Assembly: GCA_964016885.1 (NCBI GenBank)
Contig: OZ024742.1
Span: forward strand, 55,924,001-55,988,000
Direction: 5' to 3'
Length of the DNA stretch: 64,000 nt
Source of the DNA: Eledone cirrhosa
Taxonomy: Eukaryota
Shown piece after piece: positions 10,753-24,656 of this stretch. The notes under the pieces were generated by a model that saw only the letters and a program-made list of their open reading frames with translations, was not told where the DNA came from and did not search any database. The translations under genes and the position numbers were made by a program. Each line of letters opens with the position of its first letter. Position 1 is the stretch's first letter.

Positions 10753-13194
10753 TTAATTAGGTTTATAATATTTAAATGTTTTTTTTAGTTTATGATTACA
10801 CGATATAATTAATTCCTGTCGTTTATTTAATAAGATATCCTTAGACTTCATTATTTCAAATAGTTCTTGGGAACATAATCTACATTCCTTTCTATTATTT
10901 TGATAAGGGGTGGCTCTTTTGAGCACACTCCAGGTCAAATCATATTTTATATTCTTATTTTTATAACTATTGATTTTTTCTGCTAGAGATGTTGTATTAG
11001 CCAGTGCGGCATTTTTAAAACTATGCTTGTGGGTATTAAACCTTGTCTTAAAATTGTTAGAGGTAGCTCCTATATATGAGCAAATAGAATCTTTAGTTTT
11101 AACATTACATTTATAGACTATGTTGTTAACAAGACAATTCCCTTTTAATGGGCAGTTTGCTTTGTTTCTACAGTTACATCCTTTCGTTAATTCTGTATTT
11201 GAGGAGATATTATGGTTAATTTGATGTACTGGTGGTATACTTATGGTTTTCTTACATTTATATGCATTATATGCACTTATATTTTGTTTTATGTTATTTG
11301 TTGTAGAGTATGAGAATTTAACTGTAGACCTATTTAAGATTTGATGGTATTTGTGGTTTGGCGGGAAGTTTTTCTCAAGGATATAAAAAAATTTTTTAGC
11401 AATATTATCCTTAACTTGTAAATTAAAAGGAGCATTGTACCAAGTAACTCGTCTATTACGGTTTCTATGTTGTTTATTATTTTTATTATTTTTATAGGTT
11501 GTATCGTGATTTTTACTAGGAGGATTAATGTTAATGATCTCACCACAACTATTTTTAGTTATATTTGTAGATTTAGGTGTTTTATCTTTTTTATTAGGAG
11601 TTTTATTATTAATATTTATTATAGTTGTATGATGAGTAGTTTTTTGAGGGTTACTATACTTTATATTAGAAGATTTAGTATTTTGGGGTATACTGTGGGT
11701 GGCATTTAGGTGTGTACTTTTCTTTTGGTGTTTGTTGGTAATATTATGCTGTATGCTTTCAGTATTTTTAGTAGAAGGTATATACTCTAATCTATTTTTG
11801 TGGCCACTTCTATCTAGAGCTTCATTATAAAAGGTCGCATTTTTATCAAATACGTCTTGGTTAGAAGAAAGGTTAGAAATTCTAAGTGATATATTATATG
11901 CAAGGTTTTTAAGGATAGATTTAGGGTGATTAGATTGTGAGTGTATGTAATGTAAGTTTTGGTTAGGTTTATGGTAAGGTTGGTAGATACCCGTAGCTAA
12001 ATCTAAAGTTATATCTAGGAAATTTACTACTTTACTTGTTTTTTCAAAAGTAATATTAAGATTATAATAGTCTTTAAGGAAAGTTCTAATATGTTTTTTG
12101 TTTTTTTCGATTTCTGAAAGGCTAAGGTTGTTAGAAAGAAGAAGACAGTCATCACGATATAAACCACCTTTGAGGTGGGGAAAAGAGGCATTTATGTTGA
12201 AAAGGAGAAAGAGGCCCACAAGATCAGTAATTTGGGCGGAATCGCTTGAACCCATAGTAATATCAAAAAGATTACTGTATGTGTTTCTGGTCCAGTACTC
12301 ATTCTGAAATTCAATAAGTGTTAGTCTAGCATGTGTAATAATGTTAATGTCATCCGAAGTTAAGCTAGATCTATTTTTAGCAAATATCAATGCTTTGTTC
12401 AGGAGTATAGGTGATATAGAAGAATAGTAATTATCTATATCAAATTGTAGGAAAGAAGCAGAAGATTTACACCTAATATTTTTAAACCAGTTAATTACCT
12501 GGGAGGTGTTTTCCCAGAGTGGTAAAATAACGTGTTTTCTTATTTGTGGGATGACTCTATCTAAAATTTTTTTGCTAATTATTCCAATATCTGATTTGGA
12601 GGGACATATAAGTCTAATAGAAGGATTAGAGTTAAAGTTAGATTTGTGATCTTTCAGGTTGAAGTGTGGTCTTTTCAATGCCAAAGGTTCAGTTCTATCT
12701 TCAATGTTTAGTTTTTTTACTATGTTGTGTGTTTTGTTGTTGATGTTGGTGAGTGACACATTATTAGATTTTTTATAATTTTTTCTGAGTTCTTTATATA
12801 TGAACTCATTATAATGTTCAATATCCATATGATACAAGTTACCAGTTTTGTCCGAGTGGACATGGATTTTTTTAGACTTTTTTAGGTCCAATAGGGTAGA
12901 ATCAAGGTCCTTTTGAAAGACGGATTTATACTTTTTAAATTTGAGGTGTTTAATTAAATTAAAAAGGTCTTTCTCGAAGTCTTCAAGTAAAAAGTTGTGT
13001 GGTGGATTCTTGTAAGTATTAAAATCATACATATATTTCCGATCTGCTTGTTTAGATTTTCTATCGAAGTGGTAGGCTCTCCATCTAACCCTTCTGATAA
13101 AATTATTAGTTTTCTGAATCATAAGGAGTAAGAAGTCGTCCTTAGAAGGTATTGGTATGTTTTTCAAGGAGGTTCCTAAATATTGTTTTTCCAT
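10753..13194 (-). CDS. Intact PLE polyprotein (Naiad-like): reverse transcriptase plus C-terminal GIY-YIG endonuclease, ~813 aa from the first ATG
   Basis: SLKNIPIPS..FIRRVRWRA N-terminus; LQFDIDNYYSSI; ITMGSSDSAQITDLVGL; GLYRDD; VNFLDITL; CNCRNKANCPLKGNC; IVY..YIGAT..FKTRF..H; CRLCSQE..LLNKR. Confidence 0.93.
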   Translation of the reverse strand: MEKQYLGTSLKNIPIPSKDDFLLLMIQKTNNFIRRVRWRAYHFDRKSKQADRKYMYDFNTYKNPPHNFLLEDFEKDLFNLIKHLKFKKYKSVFQKDLDSTLLDLKKSKKIHVHSDKTGNLYHMDIEHYNEFIYKELRKNYKKSNNVSLTNINNKTHNIVKKLNIEDRTEPLALKRPHFNLKDHKSNFNSNPSIRLICPSKSDIGIISKKILDRVIPQIRKHVILPLWENTSQVINWFKNIRCKSSASFLQFDIDNYYSSISPILLNKALIFAKNRSSLTSDDINIITHARLTLIEFQNEYWTRNTYSNLFDITMGSSDSAQITDLVGLFLLFNINASFPHLKGGLYRDDCLLLSNNLSLSEIEKNKKHIRTFLKDYYNLNITFEKTSKVVNFLDITLDLATGIYQPYHKPNQNLHYIHSQSNHPKSILKNLAYNISLRISNLSSNQDVFDKNATFYNEALDRSGHKNRLEYIPSTKNTESIQHNITNKHQKKSTHLNATHSIPQNTKSSNIKYSNPQKTTHHTTIININNKTPNKKDKTPKSTNITKNSCGEIININPPSKNHDTTYKNNKNNKQHRNRNRRVTWYNAPFNLQVKDNIAKKFFYILEKNFPPNHKYHQILNRSTVKFSYSTTNNIKQNISAYNAYKCKKTISIPPVHQINHNISSNTELTKGCNCRNKANCPLKGNCLVNNIVYKCNVKTKDSICSYIGATSNNFKTRFNTHKHSFKNAALANTTSLAEKINSYKNKNIKYDLTWSVLKRATPYQNNRKECRLCSQELFEIMKSKDILLNKRQELIISCNHKLKKTFKYYKPN

Positions 13195-13539
13195 TGTGAT
13201 ATGGATGATGGACAATTGAAAGAGCTCAACTAAATGTATATGGGTTTAGAAAATCATACATATATATATATGTTTATACATAAATATAAAATTAATACAC
13301 ACATACAGTACAAAAATACGAATATTTCCGTGAAAATAGGAGCAAAATTATGTAGATAAATCTACCAAGAGTTTACGGTAGTGTCCAATCCGTATGAAGA
13401 ACTCAATGTATTCCGGATATCATGGAAAGAAGAGATGTAATGAAAAACCACTTTCGGTGAAAGATAAACGGTATACAGAGTCAAGATAAAATATTAAACA
13501 AATAATGAATAAACAATTCCTTATATTAAACAAAAAAAG

Positions 13540-13694
13540 TTCATTATTTAACGATCGTTTCTAGGGTATATATGTGTTATAATTGGTATGCATATTCAAC
13601 AGATCTATGTACAAAATTATACAAAATTATACAAATTATCAAGATTAAATATACATACCTAACACATATATACGCCGTCTTCAGAAATAATGAA
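13540..13694 (-). ncRNA. Type I hammerhead with very long stem II (5' pLTR, ~350 nt upstream of the ORF)
   Basis: Identical to 7044-7198. Confidence 0.8.
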
Positions 13695-14511
13695 GTATAT
13701 TTATTGATAATAACAACAATTCAAAATTTCAGTTCAAAATTGACCAATGAAAACACAAAGGGTTAAAAGCAGTTCGGTGTGTGTATATACATGTAAAATC
13801 CTTACACATATTTTACAAAAATGTATGTATAACTTGTATACGCATACTAAAAAGATGGATGCAAACACAAAATTTCAAGGTTAATATCTCTGTAAGCTTA
13901 AAATGCGCTGATAAGATGCGCATTGATACTTATGGAGTCAAGCATATAAATATATTTTTTCATACTCACACATATCAGTACAATCACACATACACGCGCG
14001 TATATGCATAAATATACACATAACCACGAACATACAAACACACACACACCCCCACTCACATTTATATATGTGGATATAAAATCATAAGCACATAGATATT
14101 AAATCACTCACATAAAACACTGGCACACACATTTCAAGATCAAGATACAGAAATTAGGTGGGAGGGGGGGGGAGGGGTCAGTATTCAATTGTCTGAGCAG
14201 ACTGCCTAATATAAATGTATCTATAAATTAAGAAAAATAAAAAAATAAAACAATAAAATATAATAAATATAATATAACATACATACACATACAGATATAT
14301 ACACATACATACATGTACGCGCACATAGAAATATTTACGCATACACACATACACACATACATATACAGTCATACACACACATACACTTACACGAACATAC
14401 ACATACACATATATAAAGATATATATATACACACACACACACACGCAACACATACACACATACACATATATATAAAAAATAAATAATAAAGATATATATC
14501 CATATATATAT

Positions 14512-14558
<47 letters not shown>

Positions 14559-15007
14559 CATACTCATACATCTAAATATACATACACATACATACACACA
14601 TAGATGTACATACATGTACATACATATACGCACATCGATATACATATATATATATATATATATATACATATATATACACACACATAGACATATAGATACA
14701 TACACACACAACTTACATACACACATATATATATATAGATGTATATTCATACATAGAATTAGATATATAATCATACATACATATGCACCTACTTATACTC
14801 ATATATATAAATACATACGCTTCCATATATGCGTATATACAAAAAAAAAAAAAAAAAAAAAAAAAAAACACTACAACCTCACCTAACTCAGACATACAAA
14901 TAAAAATAATAATAAAAAGGCATATTTATATACATACACACACGCATTAATAGATATATATATATATATACACACATACATACACATATATATATATACA
15001 TATATAT

Positions 15008-15046
<39 letters not shown>

Positions 15047-15130
15047 TACACTCATACATATATATATATATATATATATAAACATATATATCCACACACT
15101 CATACCACCATAAATACACATACAAACACC

Positions 15131-15167
<37 letters not shown>

Positions 15168-15175
15168 GTATATAC

Positions 15176-15206
<31 letters not shown>

Positions 15207-15511
15207 TAAAAAACAGACATGCACATATATATATATATATATTTTTTTACACTTATATATACACATATTATATACACATACACAACCTCACTTATACACA
15301 TATACACATAAGTTATATTATAATAATAAAGAATAATATACATATATATATATACATATACATATATATATATATATATATATACATACATACATACACA
15401 TACATACATACACATAAACATATACATACATAAATACACACATACGAATAAAGACATATATTCACACATAGACACCTATATATATATATATATATATCTA
15501 TATATATATAT

Positions 15512-15562
<51 letters not shown>

Positions 15563-16677
15563 GACACATATACACACTCACATATATACATGTGTATGTG
15601 TGTGTGCGCACATACACATATATACACACACACATACAAACACACACAAACACATACATATGCATATGTGCACACACACACACATATATCACATAGATAC
15701 GAAGATAAACATATAAATAGAGAGACATACATATATATACAACACACATACACATACATACATACACACGCATATACATATACATATATATATATACATA
15801 TATATATTCCTATATACAAGCATACACATACATACACATATATACACATACATACACATATACATACAACACATTCACATACACATACATATATAATGCA
15901 TATATATACATATATATACATACATATGTACACTCATATATACACACGCAATCTTACATTCATATTTGCATGCGCATATATGTATTTTTATATTTAGATA
16001 TAAATACCCAAATCTATATAGACACCCACCTACATATATATTCATACATAGACGCTTACAAATACAGATGATAATAGTATGGGGGAAAGGGGGGGTTTGG
16101 AGAAGGGGATCAAAGTAAATATATGTTTCAAGAAACATATAATATTTTCCGTATCTTTATTCAATGTATGTTCTTACATATTTTCAGTGCTAGGAAATAC
16201 GACAAACAAGAACCAAGGCAAAATCTATGCATCTCAAATATAAATAAGTATACCATTAATCATATGTTAACTAAACCAAAGATAGTCAACATATTGATTT
16301 CTAAGGTGTAAATTAGTTAGGTTTATAATATTTGAAGCAGAATTTTGAAGTCAAACAGTAGTAGATTATTAAATTAAAGTTAATAACGTTATGGTATCAA
16401 TATTAGGAAATGAATTTAGTAATAGGGAAAAGAAACCCAAATAAAAATAAAATAAAGTATTACATCGGTAGTAGTATATAAATTATATGTTAACTAAATT
16501 AAAAATTATATATTTATTTCAATAGTATATGTTAATTAGTATATGTTAATTAGGTATACAATACATAAAGCAGATATTGTATTTCATCAATAGCATAATA
16601 TAATTATATGCAAATAGAAATCAAAATTAATACGCATACACATACATATACATACACATACACATACACATACATAT

Positions 16678-16720
<43 letters not shown>

Positions 16721-17253
16721 TACACATATATACATACATACAGATACACATACACACACACACATACACATACACATATACATATACATATCTTTTTCAA
16801 AAAATTGCACAGAATATATTAACTAGGTATATATCCAAAACACATCCCATTCTATGATTACATGACATTCTGCAATTCGTCTGTATAAGGATACTAATTT
16901 TAAGCAAATTAAAATTAAAATTTTTAGGTTGATTAAAACTAAAACCAAATAATAAATATATTTCCAAAATGTATATTAATTAGGTCTATAATACTAAAAA
17001 TTATTTCTCTGTCATTGGATACACGATATTATTTTGTTATATTTTATCTGTAAAAGAGTTATAATAAAAGGTTTAAATAAATTAAAATTAATCTATAAAT
17101 TAAATTACTAAGTATATATTAGTAATATTTAAAGGTTTTTCACAATTTATGATTACATAATATTTTATATTCTCATCTGTAATAAAATATTAATTAAATT
17201 AAATTTATAGGTTAACTAACATTTAAATTAAATTAATTTCTAGAGTAATATTA

Positions 17254-18146
17254 TTAATTAGGTTTATAATATTTAAATGTTTTTTTTAGTTTATGATTAC
17301 ACGATATAATTAATTCCTGTCGTTTATTTAATAAGATATCCTTAGACTTCATTATTTCAAATAGTTCTTGGGAACATAATCTACATTCCTTTCTATTATT
17401 TTGATAAGGGGTGGCTCTTTTGAGCACACTCCAGGTCAAATCATATTTTATATTCTTATTTTTATAACTATTGATTTTTTCTGCTAGAGATGTTGTATTA
17501 GCCAGTGCGGCATTTTTAAAACTATGCTTGTGGGTATTAAACCTTGTCTTAAAATTGTTAGAGGTAGCTCCTATATATGAGCAAATAGAATCTTTAGTTT
17601 TAACATTACATTTATAGACTATGTTGTTAACAAGACAATTCCCTTTTAATGGGCAGTTTGCTTTGTTTCTACAGTTACATCCTTTCGTTAATTCTGTATT
17701 TGAGGAGATATTATGGTTAATTTGATGTACTGGTGGTATACTTATGGTTTTCTTACATTTATATGCATTATATGCACTTATATTTTGTTTTATGTTATTT
17801 GTTGTAGAGTATGAGAATTTAACTGTAGACCTATTTAAGATTTGATGGTATTTGTGGTTTGGCGGGAAGTTTTTCTCAAGGATATAAAAAAATTTTTTAG
17901 CAATATTATCCTTAACTTGTAAATTAAAAGGAGCATTGTACCAAGTAACTCGTCTATTACGGTTTCTATGTTGTTTATTATTTTTATTATTTTTATAGGT
18001 TGTATCGTGATTTTTACTAGGAGGATTAATGTTAATGATCTCACCACAACTATTTTTAGTTATATTTGTAGATTTAGGTGTTTTATCTTTTTTATTAGGA
18101 GTTTTATTATTAATATTTATTATAGTTGTATGATGAGTAGTTTTTT
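17254..18146 (-). pseudogene. Duplicated 3' part (linker plus GIY-YIG) of the Naiad ORF
   Basis: Near-identical to 10753-11645; truncated at the inversion junction. Confidence 0.92.
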
Positions 18147-19150
18147 ATGTATTGTATACCTAATTAACATATACTAATTAACATATACTATTGAAATAAA
18201 TATATAATTTTTAATTTAGTTAACATATAATTTATATACTACTACCGATGTAATACTTTATTTTATTTTTATTTGGGTTTCTTTTCCCTATTACTAAATT
18301 CATTTCCTAATATTGATACCATAACGTTATTAACTTTAATTTAATAATCTACTACTGTTTGACTTCAAAATTCTGCTTCAAATATTATAAACCTAACTAA
18401 TTTACACCTTAGAAATCAATATGTTGACTATCTTTGGTTTAGTTAACATATGATTAATGGTATACTTATTTATATTTGAGATGCATAGATTTTGCCTTGG
18501 TTCTTGTTTGTCGTATTTCCTAGCACTGAAAATATGTAAGAACATACATTGAATAAAGATACGGAAAATATTATATGTTTCTTGAAACATATATTTACTT
18601 TGATCCCCTTCTCCAAACCCCCCCTTTCCCCCATACTATTATCATCTGTATTTGTAAGCGTCTATGTATGAATATATATGTAGGTGGGTGTCTATATAGA
18701 TTTGGGTATTTATATCTAAATATAAAAATACATATATGCGCATGCAAATATGAATGTAAGATTGCGTGTGTATATATGAGTGTACATATGTATGTATATA
18801 TATGTATATATATGCATTATATATGTATGTGTATGTGAATGTGTTGTATGTATATGTGTATGTATGTGTATATATGTGTATGTATGTGTATGCTTGTATA
18901 TAGGAATATATATATGTATATATATATATGTATATGTATATGCGTGTGTATGTATGTATGTGTATGTGTGTTGTATATATATGTATGTCTCTCTATTTAT
19001 ATGTTTATCTTCGTATCTATGTGATATATGTGTGTGTGTGTGCACATATGCATATGTATGTGTTTGTGTGTGTTTGTATGTGTGTGTGTATATATGTGTA
19101 TGTGCGCACACACACATACACATGTATATATGTGAGTGTGTATATGTGTC

Positions 19151-19195
<45 letters not shown>

Positions 19196-19504
19196 GTGTA
19201 TATATATATATAGATATATATATATATATATATAGGTGTCTATGTGTGAATATATGTCTTTATTCGTATGTGTGTATTTATGTATGTATATGTTTATGTG
19301 TATGTATGTATGTGTATGTATGTATGTATATATATATATATATATATATGTATATGTATATATATATATGTATATTATTCTTTATTATTATAATATAACT
19401 TATGTGTATATGTGTATAAGTGAGGTTGTGTATGTGTATATAATATGTGTATATATAAGTGTAAAAAAAAATATATATATATATATGTGCATGTCTGTTT
19501 TTTA

Positions 19505-19535
<31 letters not shown>

Positions 19536-19660
19536 GTATATACGTGTGTATATATATATATATATATATATATGTGGGTGTTTGTATGTGTATTTATGGT
19601 GGTATGAGTGTGTGGATATATATGTTTATATATATATATATATATATATGTATGAGTGTA

Positions 19661-19699
<39 letters not shown>

Positions 19700-20147
19700 A
19701 TATATATGTATATATATATATGTGTATGTATGTGTGTATATATATATATATATCTATTAATGCGTGTGTGTATGTATATAAATATGCCTTTTTATTATTA
19801 TTTTTATTTGTATGTCTGAGTTAGGTGAGGTTGTAGTGTTTTTTTTTTTTTTTTTTTTTTTTTTTGTATATACGCATATATGGAAGCGTATGTATTTATA
19901 TATATGAGTATAAGTAGGTGCATATGTATGTATGATTATATATCTAATTCTATGTATGAATATACATCTATATATATATATGTGTGTATGTAAGTTGTGT
20001 GTGTATGTATCTATATGTCTATGTGTGTGTATATATATGTATATATATATATATATATATATGTATATCGATGTGCGTATATGTATGTACATGTATGTAC
20101 ATCTATGTGTGTATGTATGTGTATGTATATTTAGATGTATGAGTATG

Positions 20148-20194
<47 letters not shown>

Positions 20195-21010
20195 ATATAT
20201 ATATGGATATATATCTTTATTATTTATTTTTTATATATATGTGTATGTGTGTATGTGTTGCGTGTGTGTGTGTGTGTATATATATATCTTTATATATGTG
20301 TATGTGTATGTTCGTGTAAGTGTATGTGTGTGTATGACTGTATATGTATGTGTGTATGTGTGTATGCGTAAATATTTCTATGTGCGCGTACATGTATGTA
20401 TGTGTATATATCTGTATGTGTATGTATGTTATATTATATTTATTATATTTTATTGTTTTATTTTTTTATTTTTCTTAATTTATAGATACATTTATATTAG
20501 GCAGTCTGCTCAGACAATTGAATACTGACCCCTCCCCCCCCTCCCACCTAATTTCTGTATCTTGATCTTGAAATGTGTGTGCCAGTGTTTTATGTGAGTG
20601 ATTTAATATCTATGTGCTTATGATTTTATATCCACATATATAAATGTGAGTGGGGGTGTGTGTGTGTTTGTATGTTCGTGGTTATGTGTATATTTATGCA
20701 TATACGCGCGTGTATGTGTGATTGTACTGATATGTGTGAGTATGAAAAAATATATTTATATGCTTGACTCCATAAGTATCAATGCGCATCTTATCAGCGC
20801 ATTTTAAGCTTACAGAGATATTAACCTTGAAATTTTGTGTTTGCATCCATCTTTTTAGTATGCGTATACAAGTTATACATACATTTTTGTAAAATATGTG
20901 TAAGGATTTTACATGTATATACACACACCGAACTGCTTTTAACCCTTTGTGTTTTCATTGGTCAATTTTGAACTGAAATTTTGAATTGTTGTTATTATCA
21001 ATAAATATAC

Positions 21011-21165
21011 TTCATTATTTCTGAAGACGGCGTATATATGTGTTAGGTATGTATATTTAATCTTGATAATTTGTATAATTTTGTATAATTTTGTACATAG
21101 ATCTGTTGAATATGCATACCAATTATAACACATATATACCCTAGAAACGATCGTTAAATAATGAA
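21011..21165 (+). ncRNA. Type I hammerhead with very long stem II (inverted copy)
   Basis: TTCATTATTT-CTGAAGA-[116-nt stem II: TATATATGTGTTA/TAACACATATATA, GGTATGTATATTTAA/TTGAATATGCATACC]-GAAA-CGATCG-TT-AAATAATGAA. Confidence 0.8.
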
Positions 21166-21398
21166 CTTTTTTTGTTTAATATAAGGAATTGTTTATTCAT
21201 TATTTGTTTAATATTTTATCTTGACTCTGTATACCGTTTATCTTTCACCGAAAGTGGTTTTTCATTACATCTCTTCTTTACATGATATCCGGAATACATT
21301 GAGTTCTTCATACGGATTGGACACTACCGTAAACTCTTGGTAGATTTATCTACATATATATATATATATATATTTACATACATATATATATATACATA

Positions 21399-21455
<57 letters not shown>

Positions 21456-21531
21456 CGAAGGAAATGTGGTAAGGAACCAGGTGGACCATAACGCACCAAA
21501 GTACTCAATACTTGAGGTAGTAGAGTGGGTA

Positions 21532-21641
21532 ATAGGAACCAGTAAGACCCCGACAGCTGAGCTCAAGCCGTTTCGACGGCTAATTCTAATTAGCCGTCGA
21601 AACGGCTTGAGCTCAGCTGTCGGGGTCTTACTGGTTCCTAT
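21532..21641. repeat. Perfect palindrome with ~54-bp arms between (TA)n tracts
   Basis: ataggaacc...ggctaatt ct aattagcc...ggttcctat; a related single arm lies at ~32213-32255. Confidence 0.9.
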
Positions 21642-21704
21642 ATATATATATATATATATATTAATTCAAATATTAACAAACTAGATATTCTTGTGATCAA
21701 TTAA

Positions 21705-21769
21705 ATTTTATTATACATATTTCAGAGGTACTAAATCAAGTTCAACAGTACGTCCTCATCAGATAAAAT
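21705..21769 (-). ncRNA. Type I hammerhead ribozyme
   Basis: ATTTTAT-CTGATGA-GGACGTACT..AGTACCTCT-GAAA-TATGTA-TA-ATAAAAT. Confidence 0.8.
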
Positions 21770-22028
21770 AAAATGATACATGACATACCCTGACATGTTA
21801 GATGGTTAAGATTTAATCAAGGTAGTGATTAACTTATGAGAAAACTCAATATGTATACCCTAATATTGAGAACATGCGAAAACGTAATAGAATCAATAGA
21901 GAGCGTGTGAATAAGAAAAACATTGCCTTAATTCAACACTTATAGAGTTTTTAAAATTTGAAATACTACTATAGAACTATAGAGGAAGACGTATCTGGAG
22001 TTATAATTTATTTAGTATTATTTAGTAA

Positions 22029-22740
22029 TTAACAATTAGAAATTAAAAAAATATTTCAAGTGAGAATCCGGATTGAAGTGAGTAAAAAACATATAAATTG
22101 AAGTGAGTAAATAATATTCAGAGAGATGTTTAAGTAAGAAGTTCTGAAAGGGGTACTAATGTCACAGTTACACTATCCATATATTGAACAATAGTGCCGT
22201 ACAGTAGAACGGAGGGTAAATTACAGTATTGAAGGCAGTAGGCAATCTCGTACATAGTCATAATTTCCATCACATGGAACAAAACAAAAAAAAACAGATA
22301 TAAAGTACACAAAAGAAAAGAACCAATAATGAATAAATGCAAAAACACAGAATACATATATTCAAAATGATCCATATAATTGTCAATTTGTCCATGTATA
22401 GATTGACTACTGTATGTATTAGATTGACTACCCTGTACCAGATTGACTACTGCATGTATCAGATTGACTATTGCATGTACCAGATTGACTATGGTATGTA
22501 TCAGATTGACTACCATGTACCAGATTGACTACTGCCTTCAATACTGTAATTTACCCTCCGTTCTACTGTACGGCACTATCGTTCAATATATGGATAGTGT
22601 AACTGTGACATTAGTACCCCTTTCAGAACTTCTTACTTAAACATCTCTCTGCATATTATTTACTCACTTCAATCTATATGTTTTTTACTCACCTCAGTCC
22701 GGATTCTCACTTGAAATACTTTTAAATTTCTAATTGTTAA
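22029..22740. repeat. ~210-bp inverted repeat pair enclosing a 21-bp minisatellite
   Basis: 22029-22241 vs 22529-22740; (CAGATTGACTACTGCATGTAY)n at ~22398-22535. Confidence 0.88.
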
Positions 22741-23609
22741 TTTTTTAATTTTTTAATTTATAATTTCTGATATTTAATTTAGGATTGTCGATTTTAAATT
22801 TTAATTTTTATTTACAACTCTCACTCATAACTTCCAATATAAAACCATGATATCTAGAATTAAGTATATTTTCTCTTGGGGGCTGATGGTCAGTTGTACT
22901 GTCCATGCTTGGTGAGAGGTAGTATTGGGACTTGTAACTAACACTCTCCCATCTAACACTCTCCCATCCCCTCTGGCTTTAGGCTGACTGCCACATACGA
23001 GATGGGTAGCAGTAAACTATGGTACAGGCCTGAATGGGTCATTGTTTGGCTGAGAAGGGGAACTGACTAAGCGAATTTCATTGAAATCTGCGGTAACTAA
23101 TGGTCAACTTCCTTCGGACATGCGCCTGCGCAGGCCGGTGAGGGTGAATTGGTACTCACAGGGGAACGGATGAAGAACCCAAAAGCCCACACTTCGTCTG
23201 TTCCCATGTCGATTCAATTTGGATTGCCTCGGAAACATAACCTTATTATGTAACAAGTTGTCTGACGATGTCGCGACACTGGCACACAGAACAGTGTGGC
23301 CAGTGTCGTCATTCAAATATATATCACAGCATTATTAAGACTTGAACATCTGAAACTACTTCGCTTTTCCTTATTCTATATACATATATATATATATATA
23401 TAGTATTTTCCGTAGTGTTGTAATATGAATATTACACACAGTAGATGGACAGCTCACGTAGAGTTTGCTCGACGGTTCCAGTTGTAGTTTCAAAAGTAAT
23501 CCGGAGAAAATAGAAGGATTTAAATGGATACAATTCAGTTAAAAGGAATTTATTGACACGTGTTTCAATAACAGTTACATAACCTGAAAACCAAACAGGT
23601 TCTCAATAA

Positions 23610-23735
23610 AATTATTCTGATGAAATGACAGTTGATAATAACATTGAAATATTGAATGTCTGCATAATTAATACTTTGTAGATAGCAGCTGTTTTCAGGT
23701 TATGTAACTGTTATTGAAACACGTGTCAATAAATT
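23610..23735 (+). ncRNA. Type I hammerhead with large loop II, inside an ORF-less inverted-repeat remnant (23513-23769)
   Basis: AATTATT-CTGATGA-AATGACAGTT..AACTGTTATT-GAAA-CACGTG-TC-AATAAATT. Confidence 0.82.
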
Positions 23736-23764
23736 CCTTTTAACTGAACTGTATCCATTTAAAT

Positions 23765-23872
<108 letters not shown>

Positions 23873-24218
23873 TAGCAGAATGGCCCGGCGTTGCTCGAGA
23901 TGTGCTATTTGATATATTTTATATATTTTATTCACAGTTGTATATATAACATTACAAATCGTTTGCAATTCTTTCAGAATGAAAATACAAAAACAGAGCA
24001 TATGAATAAATTTACAGTAGAATAACGTAACAAGTATGTTATAAATATATACATAAATAACATTACAAATGCTTAGATAATATTATAAATTGCGCGCGAT
24101 TCTTTCAGAAAGATATATTCTTTTAATGTTACAATATATTTATTTTTATCGAGCCTCATCAAATAAATACGTTTGTTTATTGTATATGCAAAACTATCTG
24201 TACACGAATATTTAATTA

Positions 24219-24302
<84 letters not shown>

Positions 24303-24554
24303 TTTTGCGAGGTTTTTTATATGAAATCGTGTGTCGAAACAGATATTGTTATATTTGGGGAGGGTCATATTTGCGTAATATTGCCAGAATTAATAACAGA
24401 ACACACTCACTGTTTGGTTGGTTTTCGCTTCTCGCTGTCTTTTATATATATATATCTCCGATCTAACTTACTCGGTCCTCAATGTTGCCATTGACTGACC
24501 GGCGGTCAAAAATAATACATATACAATATAGACAAACACATATATATATAGTTT

Positions 24555-24611
24555 ACATAATTTACATAAATCTTTCGTTGCACATCTGCAACATCGTCAG
24601 TGGTGTTATAT
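24555..24611 (-). ncRNA. Hammerhead motif (inverted pLTR copy)
   Basis: Reverse complement of 26089-26145. Confidence 0.6.
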
Positions 24612-24656
24612 TCATTGTTCCTCCTGTTGTGTTGTATGTCTACGCCATTTTTTTTG

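Noticed and set aside
22398-22535. Regularly spaced repeats resembling a CRISPR array
   Set aside because: These are contiguous 21-bp units with no unique spacers, in eukaryotic DNA with no cas genes.
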